Of a stretch of DNA of 64,000 nt, positions 15,439 through 28,668 are shown piece by piece. Source of the stretch: Marsupella aquatica (Eukaryota > Plantae > Marchantiophyta); the NCBI GenBank assembly GCA_973895155.1, contig OZ316893.1, positions 12,974,359 to 13,038,358 on the forward strand, given 5' to 3'. The notes beneath the pieces were generated by a model that was given only the letters and a program-made list of their open reading frames with translations, did no database searches and was not told where the DNA came from. Both the position numbers and the translations under genes were made by a program. How positions within the stretch are numbered: position 1 is the stretch's first letter; each line of letters begins with the position of its first letter.

Positions 15439-17080
15439 TGTCAACACCTTGCAATGGGGCTTAACTCTCTACTAGAGTTAACTTCACCACTTATGCCCCT
15501 TCTTATCGTTATCCGGGTTCCTAGGACAGGTGAATAGCAGGATAGGAGGTCTCTTTCTCCTTAACTCTCTTTTTTCTCACTCACACACCTGACTAGGTAA
15601 TTTTATTTCCACCGCTGGAAAGATAACCTCAAAGGGTGGCTATCACTCCCTTGCTTTCCCTCTGGAAAACACTCACACAACCCTACTCCCGATCTCAACA
15701 CGGCAAGTGCCCACCCACAAGTTGTCCCCACAAACTCCCCATGTGGCTGCCCCTCCAAGAGTTCCCTCCGTTTACTTCACCATGAGCTTCAAGACCATCA
15801 CTTCCTATCTCAACAAGGCAAGTGCTTGGTCCCTCCGTCACTCCCTGGCTTCAAGCCTCACCCCTCTTGGTGTTGAGTCACATCTGAGCTTGCATACACA
15901 CTCACTGGATTCCAATAACTGTTGGATAGACACTTCAAGACTGAGGCTTACGCATGAGCCTTTACTGCAAGGAATGGTACAAGATGAGATCACAACACTT
16001 CCCCCTACCCTCTCCTTGCTGTCTACCTAGTGGACTAGTCCCCTGTCCACACTCTCTAGTGCCTTAAGCCAATGCTGACTCTCCCTAAGTGAGATCTCAG
16101 CCCCCAGGCTCTCAGCCTTCAAGAGAATGTGCAAATGAACAAGTGAGGAGACAACCCCCTGGTTCTCCTCTTTATTTCAACACCCCAGGGCTCCAAACCA
16201 ACCCAAGCCAAACCAAACCAGGCCTAAGGTGCTAACTCAAGTTAGTGGTCACCCTGGAACTTAACCCAAGCGTAACTACTTTCCCGCTAATCCTTAACCT
16301 GGGTTAAGTTTCTATCTTAATCGCAGGTCAACTTAACTACAACCAGTACTCTGGTTTCCACACAAGACCTGAACAGCGGCCACCTCTTAGTGAGACGAGA
16401 AACCAGGGTACCCCCTTGGTAACCGAAAACCACTTGCAACCATGTAATGGGTGCAATTTGGACTGGCTAAACCACTTTAAATGTAGTTGTTCCACTCTCC
16501 ATTGTAGTGACACATTACACATTCTTTGAAACAACTTGTAATCAAGTAAGTAGTGGGGTGTTTTTAGGACTGACCACAACCACTTTTCATGTGATTCCAA
16601 GCCACCATACCTGAAGGACTACCTATATCACTAACTTTTTCTGGAAACATAGAGATTGAAGGAGTGCCTATTAAATTACCAAAGTAGTGCTTTAAGGAGT
16701 GATCCCAAGGGTAATTAAATATAGAGAAAATGAAAATAAGATCAAACCAAGTTTAGGGCTTATTTGGTAGCACCACTAGCGGTACTTCTCAAGCTTTGCA
16801 TGATTTACACACTTTAAAGGAGCAGGGTATGAAAATTGGCAATTGGGGGTTTCAGTCATTTACCGTACTCTATTCACGCGGTCTATAGTTTGCATGCATG
16901 CTCAAAAACAATTGGGCAATAGGCCTCATCTTGATCATGTCATGTCTCACACAAAAAAAGGTGTGTTGCAAGAAATAAATACATTACTACCTAAATACAC
17001 CACCAAAGATTTTTGGTGTATATTGGAAATTATTCATTTTTTTCTATAGTTAGAAAGGGCCGGGTAGTCATGACTTAGCA
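15439..17080 (-). mobile_element. Probable solo LTR (~1.64 kb)
   Basis: TG...CA ends (tgtcaacacc...gacttagca) flanked by ATTAT on both sides. The left end resembles the reverse complement of the right end of the 23826-26989 solo LTR. Non-coding. Confidence 0.55.
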
Positions 17081-20029
17081 ATTATTTTCAGGGGTTAGAC
17101 GAGGGGCAATGTTGAGGTGGAACTAGTACATTCCACTAATTGGGGCGCAACTACATTATACAAAATTGGGGGGAGGGCGGGATTGGATTGGAGGCAAAAC
17201 ATAAGGGATGGATAGGATGGTGTAAATTTAACATTTTAATCAGATGGAGTCGGGGCCTTGGATTATCCCCCATGTTCATGGTTGAGATCACTCAGGGCAA
17301 TTTCCCTTCATGCCGACTGTACGTTGAGATCACTCAGGGCAATCTCCCTTCATCCCAACGGCTGAGATCACTCAAGTTCGCGCCAAACAGCCCTTTGTCC
17401 CTCAAAGCTTCCTTGGATTTCATTCGCGATGTTATTTTCTCACTAAGTATTGAGCCTCAATGCTGAATGTGGTGGTTTTTGTCTGGCACAAAGGATAACA
17501 GGCTTGTGGACGATGCAAGGTCGCGCTGCCATTTTGACTTAAAACTCTTGTTTCTGAAGGTTTTAGGGGTCTATCGGCCGTGAGCTGGGGCTTCATTCAG
17601 TTGCGCTACAAGGGTATCACTTTTCCAAACGGGAGTTGGAACCACGGGCTATGATTGCATTTGGTGAAGCCGTGTGGTGAGTGCGGAGCTTGGTGCGGAG
17701 TGCTACGGGAGTGCTGCAAGGTCGTGTTGCTTTGTCCGCACTACAGCTCTGGAAGTAGGGGTTGTCGATCGATGCTTGTGGATTTTGTGAAGGAGAGTGT
17801 GCAGCTGCAATTGCAGGACCGAGGTGCGGAGTGTTCCAGCTTGACATTTTCAGAAAGGGAGCTATGAGGTTGCTGCCCATGAACCGAAGGGTTTAGGGGT
17901 TCTCATCGGTCGTCTTTCTTCCTGGCAGCGGGTCAGTGTGGAAGGGCTGAAATCGAGCTTTGAGTGACCTCAACTAAGCCGCCTGGAGGTTTTGGTTTCA
18001 GTTTTGCTACAAGCCTTGCGGACTTTTAAGGGAGTGCAGAGCTGTAGGCTGCCGGAGAAAGTTTTCAACTGTAATTGCGAGCTGCGATTGAGGTCTGTGG
18101 GCTGCGAGCTAGTGATTGAGTAGAGGTTTAGTGGTTTGGCAAGCTTGGTGGGACATTGGAGACTCAAAGGTCATCAGTCAAGCTCATTGTTATTGGGACT
18201 GTTATCCAATGTAGTTGTGGATTTTTGAGGGTTGGCTGCATTTTGTCGCCTCCAAAGCTGTGGAGTGTGGGTTGCGATCAAAGCTCATCAATTTTCTGAA
18301 GTGGAGTGCAGGCCGGAGCTGCGGGAGTAAATGTGGGCACGGTGCACTTTGGAGTTAGGGTTGCGATCAAGGCTCATGCATTTTTTCTAAAGTGGAGTGT
18401 GGAGTTGCAAGAGTGCAGAGTTGCAAGAGTGCAGAGCTACAGGAGTGCAGAGTGCGGTTGTTTAGGGCAAGGCATTGCTCTTGGAACTGCCATCAAGCTG
18501 ATCGAGACCGAGTTGCTGTCAAGCAATTCAAGGGAGGCTTACGCTACTGGAAGCACTACTGTTGCATAAGGTGGACTGCAGCTTGAAGGAGCTTGCAAAA
18601 GTAGTCAAAGGAGGCTCAGCATACTCGCCACTCCTTTGATTCAAGGTTAGTGAAGCTTTTGTGCTTCTTTCACTTCCTGGCCATGCTCTGTATTTCTTTT
18701 AGCTTTCTTGAACCAAGTATTGGGTCTGTCCTTCCCTGAAACAACTGTTGGGTCTCCTTTTCCATGGCCAGCTTCAGTTGCGCCTTGTTTTCTCTCGTCA
18801 CCGAGCTACTTGCTCTCTACTACAAGTCCGGGGCTGATATTAGTTGTTTGAATGTCTTGGTTATTCTGTGCAATGGCTTCCCGAATGTATTGTTGAGGTA
18901 GCATACATTTCTCTTGGGATCTAGCTCCTCTACCTCAGTTTCATTATTCGTCTTTACAGTAGTCCTAGGGTGACCCGTGGATTGTAGTGCGCTTGCTGTG
19001 ACTGCACACCAATTGAGCTGCTTTCCTTTCCTTTGCATTGAGATTGAGATCGAGTTATCAACCTTCAATAGTGGAGCTTCACCAAGTAAGTTTTGTGATT
19101 AAGTTTTGGTGGAGCTCACTATTGTTGGCCCTATCCTCCATCTCTCTGTTGGCATCCCTGTCCTTCATCTGCTGCTGTTGTGATATGCTTGAATGGGTCT
19201 AGAGAATTGATTAGGTTGCATGACCAGCAGATTTGTCATGATTCTCTTTGAACATAATCCTTTGATCCTTTTAGTGCTTAGTTATTTCATTCTTAGTTGT
19301 CAATCATGTAACGTTGAGTCCAGACAGATTTAGCAGAAGAGTTAGCAAGAACAGATTGCACCCTCATCAAATGAAATGAGTGGAGGATGTCATTTGCAAT
19401 TGTTCTGAGCAGATCCATTGCTAGATCTTCTATTCTATGCAATGTGCATTATACCTGTCTACTATTGATTTGTATGGTAATATATTTTTGTTTTCAGTCG
19501 TCTATTACAAAGTGATTCCGTGCATTGTTGTTACTATCTCTAACTTCTGTGTTGCCTCTGATGAAGGTGTTGAGTTAACCCTTTAAGCTGCTTCCAATCA
19601 AGCTGTCGAGTCAAGCCGACAAGCTGCCTCCAATCAAGTTGCCGAGTTAAGCCTTCAATAGTGGAGCTAAGTGATCTAGCTCTGTGGCACTTGAGTACAT
19701 CGAAAGGACCGAGGTGAGTTTCCCTAAGTAACCACTATTGCTGTGAGCAATCTTTGAGTGCAGAGTTGGCATTTACTTATTTAGCATACTGGTCTTTGCA
19801 TTGGGTAATTTGAGTGCAGTCTTCCTCTCCATGTTCCGGGTTAATTGTTTAAATAGAGACTGTCTACTGGTTCAGAGTTGAAATAGAGACAAATTTGCTT
19901 CCATTCTTTTGGAGTGTGGTTCAGGGATACAATACACAAGGCTAACCTGGATGACAATGAGGACAAGTTATTGTTGACTGCAATTTCTTTTCCACCAAGC
20001 CAGATCGAAGGCTTTGTCTTACAATTCAA

Positions 20030-20460
20030 TGAAGGCTTTTGGGAACCATTATAGAGTGATGCGCTGCAAAGATAGGAATGGCGAATAGCGTGAGATGTCC
20101 ACTCTCAAGGACACTGATTGTCAAGGATATGCTACATTCAATTCAGGGGTGGCCACAACTTTCCATGAGCAGATCAAGGAAGAAACTGGGGTGAATTTGG
20201 CCAAGCTTACATATGTGGGGGTTCTGACATATATACTTGTGCTTGACTATGGACCCCTGTTACATTTTGAACCAGCCATAATCTTGAAGGCAAAGTGGAT
20301 GCGGTCTAAGTGGGGAGAGGACAGGTCTAATTTATCAATGAAACATGATGAGACTAGCCTATGGCTTGCCAATTTTAATATGCCTTATCCCTCAATTGAG
20401 AAATTAGATTATGTCTGGCCCACTCAGATTGAGTAGGTTTTCTTCTACCCAAACACAACT
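20030..20460 (+). pseudogene. En/Spm (CACTA) transposase C-terminal DUF4216-like relic
   Basis: GNHYRV...TFNSGVATTF...YVGVLTYILVLDYG...ILKAKW...WLANF...DYVWPTQIE*VFFYP follows the DUF4216-type pattern, with in-frame stops. Element ends not found. Confidence 0.6.
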
Positions 20461-22608
20461 AGGGCCTCTTGAAGACATGTTCTCCATAAGGAAAGGAGGT
20501 CTCGACGAGTTGTTGAGGGTATAAATGACCTTGAGTTTAATCATCTTGTGGATCGTCATGAGGCTGTTGAGGCTGAGCTTATTGCAACAGCTAACAGACA
20601 AGTATCCTTGGATGAAGAAGAAATTGTAGTTTTTCAGGAGATGGCAATGTTGACAAGAAGTGATAGTGATGATGATGATGTCTGGGAAGATGAAGAAGAT
20701 TCAGATGAAGAGTGAGAATGTGCCTATTGGGACAGGAAGTACTGATTGCTCTTTGGTGATAGTGTTTTTTACGCAGTTTTGAATTGAAATGCATGATCGG
20801 TCTGGGGTGAAAGGTTCTGAGAATGCCTATGAGACACAAGGGAATAGAAATATAGCAACCAACAAAGCTATACTTGACCGGTCCGTAGAAACTGCTCCAA
20901 GTGATTTAAAGTATGTACTCTATCCCTATATAGTTTTGAATTTATGCCTTGACTTTATTACTAATGGTTCACACTCATGACATTGTCAGGGTGATTGCAG
21001 TTTACAGGGAGAGGCAAGGCACAAGCGGTCAAAAGCAAGGTAAAGGGGGTCTAAACCTGGCAATATTAGTACCCTTATAATACCATCAACTAGTACTTAG
21101 AAGGTAATTAAATGAAGCATTTGCTTCACATGTTTGGGCACACACTGGCAAGATCTAAGGAGAGTTTGTATTACATCTACGGTCGAGGGAGGAAGAAAAG
21201 GTAGGTGAACATTAAGCGAATGGATTCAAAACTACCGCCAAATTGCACATCCAAATCAAGGGCTCAAAGAAGAGGAACAGCGGAGGAAGCATCTAGGCCG
21301 TTTAGGGAACTTGGACCGTGGGGGGGAACAAGTAGAACTCCCGCTATGGATTCCCCCTCGTTCATTCTCCTTTCCTGCCAAAAGGCTGTGCATTTTGTGG
21401 CCGCAAGGAGTCTAGCTCCACCATCGTTGCCAAGTCTCTAAGCGCATTTTGTGGCCACAACAATTGATGGTGGAGGGTGGACTCTGTTCTCGTCTACTTC
21501 TGTGAAATGGTGTATGATGTTCCCGTTCTCGTTGATGATTTTTGTTTTGCGTATGGCCACATTGAACATTCAGTAGCTTGTAGTGAACTACAAGTTGATT
21601 TGAGATTGATTGGCTAATGCATTTCATGTGTAGAAATCTTAGAGGAATCATCAAGCTATAGTTGAGAGCTTATTGCAAAGGAAGCAATCACCTGGGCTGG
21701 GGCCGGACATGAGCGAAAACCTCCTCAGCGCGCGGGCTCTGTGAGATAAGGATGTTTATGAAAGAAGGGTTAACTAACCATAAATTTTAGAATTTTTACA
21801 TTTAAGATCTCAAATGAGGCTGAAGAGGGACCTGAAGACTACTTTGAAGTGGTATGAGACTTTCAAGCCCATCAGAGGTCAACCCGGATTGATATTAGAG
21901 AAGGAGGATCGACCCGAAACTTTTTACTATAAGCCGTGATGAGATATAAAATCTTATACCGCGACTCTATTGAACAACAGCTGTCCATTGCCAAAGTTTT
22001 TAAAACCATAAGTCAAACACAGGCACGACCAAAGCAGAATCCGGATATAAGGAAGGAGAGTCGATCCGGCCTCTCACACCTCTCAAAGCCGAACTTAGTA
22101 GGCTTTGAGTTCCCAAGCGCATTAGGCTGTTTAAGCAGTAGAGTGAGGAGGCTCTACCCTTTTGGTAGAGGATCTTGGGTCCGGATTATAGGACCAATCT
22201 TGCATTGCATGATGAGAGCCTGGATATGAGGGTACTGACTAATTCGTTGTGAGGGAAATGCCTACTCCACCGCTGGAAGTGAAGGCAGGAAGTTTTAGAT
22301 CCTGATCGTGGATACATCGGTTGTGAGAAGGGAGGCCAGGTCGAACCGGACATCACCATTGCAGGACCGATTGAGTCCAGATTTTCCCCACATTAGATGA
22401 ACCTGCATTGTGGTTGACAAAATCTTGATGAAATTCTTCGGAAACGATTTTTAGTTGATCAGAAACGCTGCTGCCAGGTCGACCCGGAGATTTGTACCAG
22501 TGGTCGACACCGAAGAGATTGAACATTCTGAAGCCGCATCATTGTTGAGCTCGCCGTAGAGGAGGCAGACCATTTACCAAAAATCAATTTGCTACTTCCA
22601 GAAATCTT

Positions 22609-25600
22609 ATGGAGCAAGGGGCGGATCTAGCCGGAATGTCCACTTCTCGCGTTTCTAAGGGGCATTCAACCTCAACATCACCTGCACCTACTCCGGTTAA
22701 AGCCCATGTGAGACGATCAAAGAGAAAGGAGGTCCCCATTGCCATGAAAATTCTGAGGCCAGCTATTCCGGACAGTGAAGCTGAGAAGGTCAAACTGAGG
22801 GAGTCTTTGCTCAGGATGGACTGTGAGTCTCTGATGGAGCTACCCTAGAGTTATCAGAGCGAAGATATGATCAGAGAGATCCGATCCAAGGAGTGTCCGA
22901 CTGAGTTTAAGGATACCTCCAGAGGCCGACCTGAGCGATGGACTTAGATGATGGTTGCAAGAGCTTTTGTATTGGAAGATGAAGGAGAAGGTCCAGTGGG
23001 GAGAGTTGTCAACCTAATCCTTCCTTACTTCAAAGGAGCCATCAACAGTAAGGACGGGTTCAATATTTCTAAGTGTTTGGATCCTGATCTGAGACAAGTC
23101 TTCAGCTTTCTGCTACCCCTGCTGTACCCTGAGAAGCCAAGAAAAGTTATTGTTGGAGTTGGCTCTACCATTGTTGCTGCTTACAAGGGAGAAAGAAAAG
23201 TCAACTGGGCTAAGCTTATCTTTGATTTAATATAAGAAAGTTGGTACAGAACCTGTCCAACAAGAGTCCTACTCCCCTCTCCTGCTACTTGGCACATCTA
23301 TATAGCTTTGAAGGAGTCTTGTTTAGAGAGGAGAAGAAATTACTATTGGCCAAGTTCAACTTCATAAAGTATGGAGAGACAGATCCAAATATCACCTAGG
23401 CCACCTCTGATGACAGTGAGGATGAGGAACCAGTAGAGACAAATCCTTGAAAGACCCGGTCTGCTGCCCGGAACCTCGACCCGGACTTTGCCGACCCGGC
23501 CTTCGTCGACCCGGCTGAATTTCTGGATGCACCCGGCCATGCCTCCCTAGACACCCTAGCTGATTTCCAGATCATCTCAGACACATTCCAGAAGGTGAAG
23601 AGGAAGACCACTGTGATGGAGAAGGCCATCACTGACATTTCTCAGAAGTTAGGAGTGAAACCAGGGCAGATTCTTGAAAAGATCTCCACCATGAGTGATG
23701 CCACAGATAAGAGGAAGTTGGAGAAGGAGAATGAGTTTCTCAAGAAGAAGGTATCTAAACTCAAACAACAGTTGGAAAGGAGTAAGAAGAAGAATGAGCT
23801 TGAGCATACTCTCCAACTCAATATCTGTGGGATGGCTCAGTGTCAGCTAGTGTAGAGAAACATGACATTCTTTCGTTTAGAAGAGGAAATAGTTAGGGAA
23901 AAAGTTTTAGTGCTATCAGAGTAGCTAGGTTTAGGGCACTTAAGTAAGAAGGGAAGCTTAGTAGAGGTAAGAGGGAATTTAGTTATGCAAAGTTATCTAG
24001 GGGTAAGCAAGTTACTATAGGAGGGGCAGGAAACTAGTCCGTCCTTAGTTATAATAGGCGACTAAGTCGGGACCGAAAAATGACCCGACACCGGACATCT
24101 TATTTTTGGCTGATATTTCCCCCATGGGTGCTGGGAGGTCCCTAGGGAACCCTGAAAAAGTATGAAGTCAAGTGGGGTCTTAACCTAGGAGTTATAAGTA
24201 TTTTGGCAAAAATCAAAGTTACCAAATAGCGGGTCCCGGGAAAAATAGCTGATGGGTAAATGTAGGGGTTCCAAGTTTGGAAGTGGGTTAAGTATGGTCC
24301 CCTCTATCCCTAGAAACTTGTGGGACAACTTTGTCACACTTGGTTACTTTTTGGGAGCATCTCAAAGTTGAGAAGAATTTTGGAAGACATAAAGACTTGA
24401 CCCTCTTTGCCTAATTTTAGAAAAGTTGTTATAGGGTTTTGTTTATATCTTAGTAAACCCGGACATAGTCCTATGTCCATAGAATCAGTGGAGCTACTCA
24501 GAAGTCCTTTTGGACTTATGTGTGAGTTTTGGAGGGGGGTCCAAAATCGCCCCAAAATGCTGTTTTTCCAAAAAAAAAATGTATTTTTTTCTAAGTGTAA
24601 ACCGCGTGGGCGACGATCACGCGGCGAGCACGAGGCAAGGAGGAGCGAGCACGAGGCAAGGAGGAGCAAGCACGAGGCTGGTGAGGACGTCAAGCACCGG
24701 GAGGCTGTCCAAAGGTGCTGCATGATTACTTGAGGAATCAATTGAGCACAAGGGCGGCTGAATTGAAGGAAGGGCGGCTGAATTGAAATGGCTGCTGCTG
24801 ATTGAAGAAGCAAGGGCTGTTGCTGATTGAAGAAGCTATGGCTGCTGAGAAGGAAAAGAGCTATGGCTGCAAATTAGGATCGCTGCTGGCTTTGAATTGG
24901 GAAGGCTGCTTGCTGCTATGACAGCTGCACACTAGATTAGAGGTGCTCCTACTAATCAGGCACGAGATGCTCATGAGAATTGGCTGGCTGCTGCCTTGAT
25001 GCTGCTGAATTGAATGATGCTGCTGCTAGCTGCGAAATTGCAAAGGTGGGCAGCTACGAAATTGAGAAGAGAGACCTGCTTGACTGAGAAGGAATCAAGC
25101 TATGGTTGCTGCTGCTGTGCTTCAAATCTGCTGTTGTTGTGCTGTAAATGCGCTGATGTGACTGTGCTGCTAGCTGCGAAATTGACTGTGTTGCTAGCGG
25201 CAAAATTGAAGAGGTGGGCTAGCTGCGAAATTGACTAGGCTGGCTGTGAGCTATGGTGGCTGTGAAATTGAGGGGCTGGCGGCTGATCAGCTGGACTGCT
25301 GCACAAGAAAGAATCCAATAGAGAATGCTGTGGTTTTAGATTGAATTCACGAGAGAGAAATGGCTGCAAACATTGCTGTCCTTACAAATTCTTCATAAGA
25401 AACATGAGTATAATGAGAGTGCTCTCCCCTCATGACACGTGGAATCCCCATAAGGGGCATGTAAGGTAAGTGTAATCGGGCCGCCGCTTACACCCGCTTT
25501 ACACCAAAAACAGGCCTTGGGAGAATGGGCATAACTTTGGCTAGAGGTATCCGTTGGGGCCCAAATTTTTTTGTGCTGAGTTAGGGGAAGATAAGGCACC

Positions 25601-27522
25601 CCCTGGTGAAGGTGGAACCCCAGAAAAGTAATCACTCAAATATATTTTTAACCGAGGCCACGAGGGAGTCCCGACAACTTGCAAACCAAAGTCGGCATAG
25701 GGGAATGAATACCAGATTTAGGGGCTGACCTTTCTTGCACCCATACCACTTGAGTTAGGCTCTAGAGAAGGGTACTTACCTTTGGCCAAAGGTGTAAGGC
25801 CATCAAGTTAAGAAAAGTAAATATAGGGGGTAGTTTACTTAGGGTAGTAAAGGGGTTACAAGTAAAATAAGGCCAACTTTGACTAGGCACAACTTGAGAC
25901 TCACTCACTCTTTTTGCGAGCTTTCAAGTGGGTTGGTAAGCTGGTGAGGAGGACCATAAGTGGGAGTAGGTTTGGAAGTCAAAGCATACCACTCATGTGT
26001 GGCATATTCCAGGGCTTGGAAGGAGGCAAAATAGCAAGTAGTAGGGTGGGCTATGAACTATAGAGTTGGACTTTGTGTGTTAGGAGGACTTGGGGGAGGT
26101 ATAGTTGGACCCCAGGTCAAGCTTGGTGTGATGTGGAAGGAGATAGTATATAAGGAGGAAGTTTTCATTTGTTAGGGACCGGGAGTCTCATCTCTTAAGT
26201 GAAATCTCTACCTTGCCAAGGTAGGGCTAAGCTTGAGAAAGGAGAGGTGGTCCATGCTTAGTGTGGAGAATGTGTAGTGAACTTTTGTTGTAAAGGTGAT
26301 GCAATAAAAGGAGACTTACCAATCTTCATTGTGACCATTAAGTGTGAGTGCATTTGAAGTATATGAGAGCAAGAGAAGAGTCCATGCTATGGTATAATCT
26401 TGGTCTAAGCTTGAAGGGGATGTGCTAGTACAAAACCAAGGCCAAGGAGGCAAGGTTAAGGTATAGCATTACTTTGAGACTTAGAGAGGATTATAGCTTG
26501 AGGGTGGAAAGTACTTTGCTTGGTGTGTGGTGTTAACAAGAAGTAAGAACAAGAGGAAGAGTCCTTAGATAGAGGAGCCTTCTCTAGGGCTCAAAGGGGA
26601 TGTGTGGACCCAAACCAAGGCCAGGGGGGCAAGGTTGAGGGGTAACACTACTTTGAGGGTCTTGAGGAGACTTAAGCTTGAAGAGGAAAGTACTTTGGGT
26701 TCTTGGGTGTTTGTGTGAGAATCTACTCTAAGGTGACAGCTTGGAGCGGAGATCCCCCTTGCTGATCCTTGGAGTAGAGGAGAGGGGAAGGGGTGAGTAC
26801 AAAAGTAGTCAAGGGGACTACCTCTCTAGAAGTGGAGAGTTGAAACTACTTATGTATGGAGTGATTGGACATTGTAAGCACACTTCAGAAGTTTTGTCAA
26901 TCCTTTGTGACCCTGGTATGACATGGAGCAGGTATTAGGTAGTCTTTTGGGGAGAAAAGCCGCTTAAGCTCCTTGGCAAGTGTTTGACAATATCACTCAA
27001 TCTTTGGATCTGATTGAGCCTTTGACTAAGATAGCTTCTCTGGATCTTCTTAAGGCCCAAATTTATGATGAGTATTTGACCAAGAACACCACACCCATCC
27101 TTTTCTCCAAGATTAACCATTTAGTGGTAGATGTGAGTACCAAGGTGGATGATGCACTTACGGGCCTCTCAAAGACCTGTGAAGCCTTAAGGGAGATGAG
27201 TGACTTGACTACAGAAGAGCTATTAGCTGATACTGAGATTCCTGCCTTTACTACCAGATCTTTCTCTCCTAGTCCTCATGAAGGAGTCTATTCCACTGGC
27301 CCCTCATCACCCCTCAACCCTCCTGGTTTCCCCACTCCCAGTACACACTTCCACTCCCATTCTTACACTTATTCTCATGACCCAAGTGCCCATCAGGAGA
27401 ACATGGATATTGACCCGTCCATCCCTTTTACCACTGGCCAACAGAGAGTTTTCCTTCGACCAGAACCCCTTGCCATGGCTAACCCTGAGGAGGTTCCTTC
27501 CCAAAAGCTAGAACCAGAATAG
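22609..27522 (+). pseudogene. LTR-internal accessory ORF, copy 1 (retroelement-associated protein of unknown function), broken by stops, a frameshift and a solo LTR
   Basis: ORF fragments (RGRPERWT, FLLPLLYPEKP, KVNWAKLIFDLI, coiled coil KLEKENEFLKKKV, Pro/His-rich tail) are colinear with copy 2. Confidence 0.75.
23826..26989. mobile_element. Solo LTR (3164 bp) of another retroelement family inserted in the 5' LTR
   Basis: TG...CA ends; 5-bp TSD ATATC at 23821-23825 and 26990-26994; empty site visible in the 3' LTR (~62960). Contains internal tandem repeats and no pol domains. Confidence 0.92.
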
Positions 27523-28528
27523 AGTTATATTTAGAGAGTTAGAGCCACATTAGTTTAGACCTAGAAATAGCTATATAGATTAGTATATGAGTAAGTAGAC
27601 TCCAGTATTTTGTTAGTATATCCATTGAAGACTCTACTCCATTTTTGACTAGGATAGTTCACTTTTATTTACATATTTCTTTAGACTTGGGTTTTGAAGA
27701 GGCATGTCTTTTCATAATCTCCACTTTTAGTACAAAAGGAGGAGAACCCAAAGTCAACCCTGGGAGAGAGAGATGCATTTGATTTCCCCATTTTGATTTT
27801 GGAGAAATCTATGTCTTTTCTTCCCTTCTTTTTACCATGGTTAAGTAAAGAGAAGTTTCAAGATTAGCAATCCTTTGAGTTGTTGTGCAATATTCAATGA
27901 ATACTAGCGTGTGCCTATGATGATATTGGAAGATCAGCAAGGTCTGTGACCAATTCATATAGAAGATTCACCAAAGAGAAATTGAAATTTACGTGAAACT
28001 CAAATAAGCAATCTTAAGGATAGTAGGAGAAGTAAACCAATTCGAGTATCCTAGTACCGTCTTAAGCAAGACCTGAAAATTGTCTCGGGTTGATTTACAT
28101 TGTTGTCTTCTAAATTCAAGAGATGGAGAAGAGTTGCTATGAGAAATCAAAAAGCATATACAATGTTGATTTCCGAATCTTAAATTACGCCATAATCCTT
28201 ATTGAAGGAGTGGTGATGGTCGGAATTCAATTTCCTTGCGCTTTGAAACCTCCTACCTACTCTCTCTAGTTTCAATCTTTGTTAATTCTAGTCTTTATTA
28301 TTGCATTGTGAATCCTAAGGATTACCCACTTGAGTTTGTGGTTAAACACTTATGTTAAGGAGATCATTAGAAATCTCTCCAACCTAAGAATGTTGGTGTA
28401 AACTTCTCAAATTGTGTTAATTCAGTCTTTTCAATCTTATCCACTCCTAACGGGAATGAAATTGAGTTGTTAAGGAGTAAATAGTCATTTAACTCTTTAT
28501 CACCTTGCTACATACTGCACACTCTTTT

Positions 28529-28546
28529 TGGCGCCACTGCTGGGGA
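28529..28546 (+). promoter_or_regulatory. Primer-binding site (tRNA-Asp/Athila type)
   Basis: TGGCGCCACTGCTGGGGA versus canonical TGGCGCCGTTGCCGGGGA (3 mismatches), preceded by the T-rich spacer typical of Athila elements. Confidence 0.8.
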
Positions 28547-28668
28547 GTAACTTAGATTGGGAGACCTGCCGCGACAGTGGATGTCAAAAGGAGATCAACA
28601 AAAACAAGTCAAGAAGTAACAGCAAAAAGATACTTGATTAAGGAAAAGAGGCTGGAACCTCCTAAGTT

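Larger units (their letters stand above)
21740..28521 (+). repeat. 5' LTR (~3.6 kb after removing the 3169-bp insertion), containing a long ORF
   Basis: Starts TGTGAGATAAGG, as does the copy right after the PPT. Matches 41951-42772 plus 61703-64000 colinearly. Ends ...TGCACA, followed by CTCTTTT and the PBS. Confidence 0.75.

Noticed and set aside
21740-22541. 802-bp LTR ending CATCA, with the locus read as a tandem element
   Set aside because: The following TTGTYGAGCTCGCC is not a TGG-type PBS, while a good PBS lies at 28529. Disfavoured but not excluded until sequence beyond 64000 is seen.
24334-25635. ORFs inside the solo LTR
   Set aside because: They arise from short tandem repeats (gagcacgaggcaagg, gctgct) and show no protein features.
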